DNA from: a virus
Taxonomy: Duplodnaviria; Caudoviricetes
Reading direction: 5' to 3' (one strand)
Length of the DNA: 64,000 nt
IMG/VR virus record: IMGVR_UViG_3300032225_002102
Coordinates: 1 to 64,000 of that record
Both the position numbers and the translations under genes were made by a program. Every line of letters starts with the position of its first letter. The first letter of the stretch is position 1. The notes below the pieces were generated by a model, which saw nothing but the letters and a program-made list of their open reading frames with translations, was not told the DNA's origin and made no database searches. Positions 57,220 through 64,000 of the stretch are shown piece by piece.

Positions 57220-57699
57220 ATGAACTTAACATTATTTTTTAGATTGATAACAATGTCAATCTTCCAGAAAACAGTTATTTATAATAAAAAGGATTCAATG
57301 TATAGACAAATGAGTTATGACAACACTCATTTTTATTGTCCAATAGTCTACGCAATGGATGGTTTTAATGTATCATTACAAATCCATCATGCCAATTACT
57401 GCTCATCAGAAAATGGGTATAGAGAATTAGGACATTCAATGCAAGATGTTGAATTTGGGTTTCCTTCCCAAAATGAAGAGATTATGTTTGAATATGCAGA
57501 AGGGTACGGTTTACCTGAATATACCTTTGATGAAAATGGAGAATATAGCGAAACACCTTTTAACGTATCGTTATTTGATATAACTAAAGAGGTAGGTAGT
57601 ATTCCTCTGGACATAATGGAAGCTGTGTTTGAAAAACATGGTGGAATTGATTGGGAAAAAACCATTTCTGTTGAACAATTTAATCAAAAAGTATCATGA
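57220..57699 (+). CDS. Hypothetical protein
   Basis: DGFNVSLQ..YCS..VEFGFPS..KHGGI pattern of a widespread phage family. Confidence 0.65.
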   Translation: MNLTLFFRLITMSIFQKTVIYNKKDSMYRQMSYDNTHFYCPIVYAMDGFNVSLQIHHANYCSSENGYRELGHSMQDVEFGFPSQNEEIMFEYAEGYGLPEYTFDENGEYSETPFNVSLFDITKEVGSIPLDIMEAVFEKHGGIDWEKTISVEQFNQKVS

Positions 57700-57893
57700 G
57701 CAACATAGTTTATTGGACAATGGCAAATGGTGAAAAAATAGATATAGATAGCATGGGGATTAAACATCTCCGTAATACTCTCAAGATGATTGTTAACAAC
57801 AGTCAAAAAAGAAGAGAAATAATCCTTAATGGAGATATGGCAGAACAGTTCAATTTTATCCACGAAGAAAACATTGAAGAACTTGAATACTAA
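57696..57893 (+). CDS. Hypothetical protein
   Basis: WTMANGEKI.I..M...HL.N motif; ATGA overlap. Confidence 0.65.
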   Translation: MSNIVYWTMANGEKIDIDSMGIKHLRNTLKMIVNNSQKRREIILNGDMAEQFNFIHEENIEELEY

Positions 57894-58026
57894 AATTTTA
57901 AAAATAGCTAGTATATTTTTTATAATATTAAGTATACTCAGTTTCTTCAAAGGAAACAATGTAAATTTTTTTATAACATCATTCTTATGGATTAATGCCA
58001 TGGGATATTTAATTAAAGAAAAATGA
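57829..58026 (+). CDS. Small two-TM membrane protein (true start probably later)
   Basis: Hydrophobic pair; ATGA overlap with lysozyme gene. Confidence 0.45.
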   Translation: MEIWQNSSILSTKKTLKNLNTKILKIASIFFIILSILSFFKGNNVNFFITSFLWINAMGYLIKEK

Positions 58027-58634
58027 AAAACTTAAGTTTAGCTACATTAAGTGTAGTTCTTTTTGTTCTAACTTGTTCTTGTTCAAATGCAGAACAAGTT
58101 AAAATAGTGAAAGATAATCCAGCTTTTTCTCCTACACAAAAATATCAGATAATGGTATGGAATATAAAAAAAGCTGAAAATTACAGATCTGATATTTATA
58201 AGTGTCAAGCTAAAAAAAAAACAACTGGATGGGGATTCACCAATGTTAAAAGTGTCAAAAACATCCAACATGCTGATATTATTTTAAGAGATATGGTAGA
58301 AGAGTTACATAGTATAGTAAAAAAAGAGTACCCTAAGCAAACATACCTTCAACAAGCAGCAATAGTAAGCTTAATATATAATACTGGAGATTTAAAAGGT
58401 ATTAAAAAATCAAAATTTGCTAAATCTTTAGTAAAAAATGATATAGATAATGCTGTAGCAGCTTTTAAAGCTTGGAATAAGGTAAAAATTAAAAAAGGTA
58501 AATACATTGTAAGTAAAGGATTAGTAAAACGTAGAACTTATGAAGCAAAATTGCTTAACAATACGTTTACTATGAATGATTACAATAAACTTAAATCTGA
58601 GATTTCTCAGATATACAAAGAAAATAGATTTTAA
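58023..58634 (+). CDS. GH24 phage lysozyme with N-terminal signal/lipoprotein peptide
   Basis: E-x8-C-x5-T triad (ENYRSDIYKCQAKKKT-TGWG), SLIYNTG, W.K, GLVKRRTYE; leader ending VLTCSCS. Confidence 0.85.
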   Translation: MKNLSLATLSVVLFVLTCSCSNAEQVKIVKDNPAFSPTQKYQIMVWNIKKAENYRSDIYKCQAKKKTTGWGFTNVKSVKNIQHADIILRDMVEELHSIVKKEYPKQTYLQQAAIVSLIYNTGDLKGIKKSKFAKSLVKNDIDNAVAAFKAWNKVKIKKGKYIVSKGLVKRRTYEAKLLNNTFTMNDYNKLKSEISQIYKENRF

Positions 58635-58712
58635 TTGTGTATATTAATTATTTATTATTTTTTACTTTTTAATAGTGTGGAGATTTTCTTCACACTTATT
58701 TTTTTATTTATA

Positions 58713-58774
58713 ATCTGTAAAGGAATTAATAGAAGAAATTCTATAGTATGGTTCGTTTCCATACACAGATACTA
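58713..58774 (+). ncRNA. tRNA-like element lacking a D-arm
   Basis: ATCTGT/ACAGAT stem, ATAGAA-gaaa-TTCTAT arm, GTATGG-TTCGTTT-CCATAC T-like arm. Confidence 0.45.
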
Positions 58775-58820
58775 ATCCTGTAGGTGCAGGATTTTAAACA
58801 AACAATCAAAAAACAAAAAC

Positions 58821-59279
58821 ATGCAAAATTCAAACGCAATCGCAACAGGAGTACAAACAGTAGAAGATTTAGTAAAAATTATTGAATCACGCAAGTTAAT
58901 TGCTCAACCAGGTGCTTATGATTTAAAAGTAACTGGTGTAACAGCTTACAATGGTAATCATATTGTAAATCTTTCAGCAATGAGTAATTATCACGTAGAA
59001 GAAGCTCGTGAATTAGCTTCTGAAGGTAAATTTCAAGAATCAGCAAACAAACAATTCACAATCAATGTACTTCCTAATGGATATTTACCTGCTAAAGGTG
59101 AAATAATTAAGTGTTATATTGATAATGTAAAAACTAAAAGTGGTGTAGAAGGATTATTTGTTACTTCACATTCAGAATTGAAATCTATTGCTGCTGGTAA
59201 AGTAGTATTTAATTTCGGTACTACAAAATCTACTACAGAAACTATTAGTTCTTCAGTAGCAGAAAATGCTTTTGCTTAA
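58821..59279 (+). CDS. Abundant protein, possible OB-fold ssDNA-binding protein
   Basis: Beta-rich, optimised codons, flexible tail, own terminator 59287-59313. Function is inference. Confidence 0.4.
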   Translation: MQNSNAIATGVQTVEDLVKIIESRKLIAQPGAYDLKVTGVTAYNGNHIVNLSAMSNYHVEEARELASEGKFQESANKQFTINVLPNGYLPAKGEIIKCYIDNVKTKSGVEGLFVTSHSELKSIAAGKVVFNFGTTKSTTETISSSVAENAFA

Positions 59280-59342
59280 TTTTAACAAGGTAGTACTGTA
59301 ATGGTACTACCTTTATCTTTTACTTTTAACAATTAATGTAAC

Positions 59343-59756
59343 ATGAAGAAGTTTTTAGTAATCAATCACAATGATAGCTATACAGTTATCAAAAATACAA
59401 TCAACAATGTAGTAGAAACTATTACGATTGGTTGGAATAGTTTAAACGTGCCAAAACTTGATGCTATTGCATTTAAGTTGAACAGAACGATAGAATCTCA
59501 AGAAGATAAAGTAAAGTACTTTCAGAATCGTTTAATGGAAGAGAGTAATAAATTAAGTTCTCTTAAATCAATTAAACAAAGTTTAAAAAAAGAAAATCGT
59601 AAACTTCGTAAAGAGAAAGGTGTTAGTATTCGTATCAACTCTACAGGAGAAGAAACATTTATTGATTCTGAAACTTTAGAAATTTTAGATCCTTCTGATT
59701 ATACTTTATTAAGTATTGGTGAGTTTGTTACCAATGAAAAAGAAGTTTATATGTAA
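59343..59756 (+). CDS. Coiled-coil hypothetical protein
   Basis: Central heptads; terminator 59765-59790. Confidence 0.6.
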   Translation: MKKFLVINHNDSYTVIKNTINNVVETITIGWNSLNVPKLDAIAFKLNRTIESQEDKVKYFQNRLMEESNKLSSLKSIKQSLKKENRKLRKEKGVSIRINSTGEETFIDSETLEILDPSDYTLLSIGEFVTNEKEVYM

Positions 59757-59805
59757 TATTCATTAACTGCTACTGTAACAGGTAGCAGTTTTAATTTAAA
59801 ACAAA

Positions 59806-60015
59806 ATGGAAACAATTAAAGTATTTGATAATAATAAAAAAGAAATAGAACCAGTTTATATTCCAGAAGAAGAAATTTGGAATTGGAGTAAATTCTTACT
59901 TCCTGAATTATTTCAAGAAATGAGTAATTTACTCACAGTACGGAATCCAAAAAGATTTCAATTTTACAATGATTTAAATAAATTTGTTAAAAATTGGAAA
60001 AAAAATAATAAATAA
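59806..60015 (+). CDS. Hypothetical protein
   Basis: ORF with A-rich leader. Confidence 0.55.
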   Translation: METIKVFDNNKKEIEPVYIPEEEIWNWSKFLLPELFQEMSNLLTVRNPKRFQFYNDLNKFVKNWKKNNK

Positions 60016-60042
60016 GTTTAACTTTGCTATATACATTTTAAG

Positions 60043-60339
60043 ATGGAAACAATACTCATAGTATTAGAGGTATTTTATGTAATTACATTTATTTTATTTG
60101 GATTTTTGATTAGACATTATCGCAATATAATTGAAAAGAAAGTTCAATTTGGAAATGAATTTTTCAATCGTTATTTGAATTTATGTATTCAAAACACAAT
60201 AATTGAAAACCAAAATTTTAAATATTCTACTATTAGTAGAAACTTGTATAATAACAATCAAGATTTACGTTTAGATAATTCAGCATTACTTGAAAAAGTT
60301 GCTAAATTAGAAAATAAAAAGAAAAAAACTATAAAATGA
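60043..60339 (+). CDS. Membrane-anchored coiled-coil protein
   Basis: N-terminal TM helix; ATGA overlap with polB. Confidence 0.55.
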   Translation: METILIVLEVFYVITFILFGFLIRHYRNIIEKKVQFGNEFFNRYLNLCIQNTIIENQNFKYSTISRNLYNNNQDLRLDNSALLEKVAKLENKKKKTIK

Positions 60340-62216
60340 GATATTGTTATGACATAGAAACTCTTAAAAGGGTATTTACAATAACATTTCTTGATTATGA
60401 TTCAGAACAATGTTATCAATTTGAAATTTCAAGAAGAATAAATCAATTTCAAGAAATTAAAGATTTTTATCTTAATAAAATGAAGTGGAATATATGCTTC
60501 AATGGAATTTATTTTGATAACATTGTAATGAATTGGTTAGTTGATCAAAGATTTGATAAAAAAGAAGGAGAATTTATTTCTTCGGAGATTTATAAAGTTG
60601 CTCAAATTACAATTAATCAAGAAAGAGATTACGATTTGTTTAAACATTATTCTAAGTACAAATATAAGGATTATCATAAGGTTATAGATTTGTTTTGTTA
60701 TTGGGCAAAGATGAGTAGATTAAGCAAAAAACTTTCTCTTAAAACATTAGCATGTTCTATGGGTATGAGTATAGAAGAAATGCCTATACACCATTCCCAA
60801 GAATATCTAACAGATGATGAAATTCAATTAACTCTTGAATACAATAAAAATGATTGTATTGTAACAAAAGAATTAGCAAATCGTTTGAAAAATGAAATTA
60901 ATCTTAGAATGGATATTACTAAAAATTCTGGATTAAATGTTTTATCTTATGATGCTCCCAAGATTGCTTCTGAATTGTTATTAGATTCATATTGTAAAAA
61001 AACATTTACTGAAGAAATTAGTGAATATACTGTTTTTGAAGAATATAAGAAAAAAATTAAAGAAAGAAGATATTCTACATTTGGTTTTTTAATAAAAGAT
61101 TATATTCCAAAATTTCAATTTAATAATAATCAATTGCAAAATTTATATAATGACATTTTAAAATCTAAAAGTAGTTTTGAACAAGAATTATTATTTAAAA
61201 ATAAAAATGGAAATTATATAAAGTTGCAATATAGTAATGGTGGTTTGCATATTGTTCAACCAGTTCAATATTTTAAATCTAATTCTAAATTTGTTTATGT
61301 AGAAAAAGATTACTCCTCACTTTATCCGAATTTGTACATTAATTATAATTTTAATTCTCCTTTTTTTGGTACAGATTTATCTGATTTGCAAAATCAAATT
61401 TTAAAAGAAAGATTAGATGCAAAAAAGAATGGTAGAAAGTCAGAAGATAGTACAAAAAAATTAATATTAAATTCATATAGTGGAATTATAGATAATGCTT
61501 ATTCTCCTTTTTATGCTCCAGAACAAGCTTTAGCTATGAGAATTACAGGACAATTATGTATTTCTAAAGTAATTGATAAATATTATGAATTAAGAATAGA
61601 AATAGTTTCTGTAAATACAGATTCTGTAACGTTAAAATTAGAAAGAGATAATTTATATTTATTAGATAAAGTCAGAGAAGAAATAAAATCAGAATTAAAT
61701 TTAAATTTAGAAGATACGTTTTATCATTCTATTTATTATTTTTCAGTAAATGATTATATAGGTTTTACAGAATCAGGAAAAGTTAAATGTAAAGGAGAAT
61801 TTATTTATAACCATATTTTAGATGGTTCTAATGAATTTACAATTATACCTTTAGCAATTAAAGAATTTTTACAGAATAACGTTCCAATAAGTAAAACAGT
61901 TAATGAATGTAAAGAATTATGGAGATTTTGTAAATCACAAAAAGTTGATAAAAAATTTAAAATATTCTATCAAGGTAAAGAAATCCAGCATTTAAATCGC
62001 TATTTTGTTTCTGATAGAAAAAATGGAGCATATTTATATAAATCTCCAGATGGAATAAAAATGCTTAATTTATTTAAAGATACTCCTATTTACATTTGCA
62101 ATGAGGACATACGAGAAAGTGATATATTAAAATATCCAATTAATCGTGAATGGTATATTAGAAAAGCAGAAGAGAAATTACAAAACTTTTTTCCTTCACA
62201 AACAATATTATTCTAA
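60336..62216 (+). CDS. polB: Family B DNA polymerase
   Basis: Exo YDIET, FNGIYFD, YNKND; Pol DYSSLYPN, KLILNSYSG, VNTDS. Confidence 0.9.
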   Translation: MRYCYDIETLKRVFTITFLDYDSEQCYQFEISRRINQFQEIKDFYLNKMKWNICFNGIYFDNIVMNWLVDQRFDKKEGEFISSEIYKVAQITINQERDYDLFKHYSKYKYKDYHKVIDLFCYWAKMSRLSKKLSLKTLACSMGMSIEEMPIHHSQEYLTDDEIQLTLEYNKNDCIVTKELANRLKNEINLRMDITKNSGLNVLSYDAPKIASELLLDSYCKKTFTEEISEYTVFEEYKKKIKERRYSTFGFLIKDYIPKFQFNNNQLQNLYNDILKSKSSFEQELLFKNKNGNYIKLQYSNGGLHIVQPVQYFKSNSKFVYVEKDYSSLYPNLYINYNFNSPFFGTDLSDLQNQILKERLDAKKNGRKSEDSTKKLILNSYSGIIDNAYSPFYAPEQALAMRITGQLCISKVIDKYYELRIEIVSVNTDSVTLKLERDNLYLLDKVREEIKSELNLNLEDTFYHSIYYFSVNDYIGFTESGKVKCKGEFIYNHILDGSNEFTIIPLAIKEFLQNNVPISKTVNECKELWRFCKSQKVDKKFKIFYQGKEIQHLNRYFVSDRKNGAYLYKSPDGIKMLNLFKDTPIYICNEDIRESDILKYPINREWYIRKAEEKLQNFFPSQTILF

Positions 62217-62290
62217 AACAAATCTTTAAATTTTCTTGTTTGTATCCTATTTATTTTATATATTTGTATATCATTTAAATATATGAAAAT

Positions 62291-63229
62291 ATGAAATATA
62301 GTAGAAAAGAACATTTAATTAGTGGAATTTATGCAATTATTAATCAAGTTAATGGTAAAATGTATATTGGAAAATCTAAAAATATTTACAATAGAACAAA
62401 TACTCATATAACTGGATTAAATACTAAAAATAAGAATGAAAATAGATATTTAATTAATAGTTGGCATAAATATGGAAAAGAAAATTTTAAATTAATTGTG
62501 TTAGAAGAATTAGAGTTAAATGAAGAATTAATTGCAGAAAGAGAACTTTATTGGATAAATTTTCATAATACCACTAATTCTAAATATGGATATAATTTGA
62601 GAATGGATTCTTCTACTAATACTATTGTCCACCAAGATACAATAGAGTTGATGAAAGAATCACATGCTATAAGAGTTTTAAATATGACAGAAGAACAAAG
62701 AAAAAAATGTGGGAATATTTCAAGAGAATTTTGGAAAAATAATCCAGAAAAAAAAGTTGAAATGGTTAAAAAAGTAAGAGAACAAATTCAAAAATATTCT
62801 ATTGTTCAATTTACAAAAGAAATGGAATTTATTAAAGAATATGGTGGTAGATATGATATTGTAAAAAATTATCCACTTTTATATGTTCAAGCAATTTTAG
62901 CTGTATGTAATGGAAATAAAGCTTCATATCAAGGATATATTTGGAGATATAAAGATTTAAAAACAAAAGAAATAGTATATCAAAAATCGCTTGAAGAAAG
63001 AAAAGAAAACATTTCTATAAGAAAATCAAGTAAAAAATCTTTTATAGTTAAAGATAACCAAATAAAAGAATATAACACTTTATCTCAATTATGTAAAGAA
63101 AATAATTTAGTTATTAACAATATTCATAAAAAACTAAGTAAGAATGGTATTGTAAAATTAAAAAACAAAAATATTTGGATCTTTTATGATAAAAATTTAT
63201 TTGAAAAATCTCAATTAACATTATTTTAA
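62291..63229 (+). CDS. GIY-YIG homing endonuclease with NUMOD1-like domain
   Basis: SGIYAIIN..MYIGKS..R..ERELYWI..GYNL; IVQF..C.G....QGYIWRY. Confidence 0.9.
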   Translation: MKYSRKEHLISGIYAIINQVNGKMYIGKSKNIYNRTNTHITGLNTKNKNENRYLINSWHKYGKENFKLIVLEELELNEELIAERELYWINFHNTTNSKYGYNLRMDSSTNTIVHQDTIELMKESHAIRVLNMTEEQRKKCGNISREFWKNNPEKKVEMVKKVREQIQKYSIVQFTKEMEFIKEYGGRYDIVKNYPLLYVQAILAVCNGNKASYQGYIWRYKDLKTKEIVYQKSLEERKENISIRKSSKKSFIVKDNQIKEYNTLSQLCKENNLVINNIHKKLSKNGIVKLKNKNIWIFYDKNLFEKSQLTLF

Positions 63230-63235
63230 AAACAA

Positions 63236-63550
63236 ATGAACTATACAGTTAAATTAATAAAACAAACTAAATATTTAGAATCTACATTATTAGATTTTAA
63301 AATATTAAAATACAGATTACAAGTTAAAATATTAAAATTATATTCTGATTTACCTAATCATAAAGAACCTGAAGGTATAAATTATAAATTCTATTATACT
63401 TTATCAGGATTATTAATCTTTCTAAGTAAAAAGTACATTAGAAAAGGTAATAATTGGGTATTATTAAGAACAGATAATACATATCATAAAGTTAAAGTTA
63501 TTAAAGAATCAAAAGTATTAAGTATAAATTATATAAAATATGAAAAGTGA
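63236..63550 (+). CDS. Hypothetical protein
   Basis: ORF after the endonuclease. Confidence 0.5.
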   Translation: MNYTVKLIKQTKYLESTLLDFKILKYRLQVKILKLYSDLPNHKEPEGINYKFYYTLSGLLIFLSKKYIRKGNNWVLLRTDNTYHKVKVIKESKVLSINYIKYEK

Positions 63551-63647
63551 AAATTAAAGATTATATATAGTAAAATAATGAAACATTACACTTAGTTAAA
63601 AGTATTGATAAACAATTTTTAAACAAGGAGATTTCTCCTCATATAAA

Positions 63648-63944
63648 ATGAATTATATTGTAAAAAATAAACAAGAACTTGAATTGTGCGAAAAATTAAT
63701 TACTGATAATGTTTTAGGTTTTTGTGGAAATAATATAGAAACTATTAAAATTAATTCTACTAATGAAATTATAGTTAAATTAAGTGAATTTACTCATCCT
63801 GTAAATTTTATATTGAAATTACCAATTCAAGAAATTATCGAATTACGTAAAAATTATAAAACTATTTATTTTAAAACAGATAAATATATTTTAGAATTTC
63901 CTATTTCTTATGAATATGAATTAAAATCTAAAAATAATGGATAA
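63648..63944 (+). CDS. Hypothetical protein
   Basis: ORF. Confidence 0.5.
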   Translation: MNYIVKNKQELELCEKLITDNVLGFCGNNIETIKINSTNEIIVKLSEFTHPVNFILKLPIQEIIELRKNYKTIYFKTDKYILEFPISYEYELKSKNNG

Positions 63945-64000
63945 AGAATCAAAAATATTAAGTATAAATTGGATTAAATACTAAAATGATGAAAACAACA

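Noticed and set aside
52884-58271. Minus-strand ORFs 52884, 53015, 57396, 57684, 58083
   Set aside because: Antisense to better-supported plus-strand genes.
58713-58774. Functional tRNA gene
   Set aside because: No D-arm, tetraloop instead of an anticodon loop, no CCA. I saw no canonical tRNA in the window.
1-64000. Stop-codon reassignment as in some crAss-like phages
   Set aside because: Terminase, portal, capsid, muzzle and polB are uninterrupted in the standard code; TAG and TGA end genes before terminators or in ATGA overlaps.

Overview
Very AT-rich genome segment of a crAss-like (Crassvirales-type) podophage, standard genetic code. Repeated TTTG/CTTG-N19-21-TAnnTTTG promoters point to a Bacteroidota host. 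From 52.6 kb leftwards the minus strand carries the virion module: RepL-like HTH, PD-(D/E)XK nuclease, HU/IHF-like proteins, intein-containing terminase, portal, major capsid protein, ring proteins, Cys-rich and Pro/Thr-rich fibre proteins, muzzle/stabilisation protein and ejected cargo proteins. From 52.8 kb rightwards the plus strand carries small early genes, a lysozyme and a family B DNA polymerase. Main highlights: (1) an operon joining Thr-Pro-repeat fibre genes to a prolyl 4-hydroxylase, a plant-HPAT/SGT1-like glycosyltransferase and an O-fucosyltransferase-like enzyme, a candidate phage-encoded hydroxyproline-glycoprotein pathway; (2) cargo proteins built of modules separated by a recurrent QxGG/YAQxG motif, candidate polyproteins; (3) a complete type III hammerhead ribozyme and other structured RNA candidates in the early region; (4) a Csx15-like gene with no CRISPR locus in the window, a candidate anti-type III CRISPR factor; (5) a class 3-type intein starting with Asp; (6) homing endonuclease insertions that left duplicated host-gene 3' ends; (7) three 22-bp-period iteron-like repeats beside a RepL-like gene. 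All family assignments are by motif recognition, not database search.
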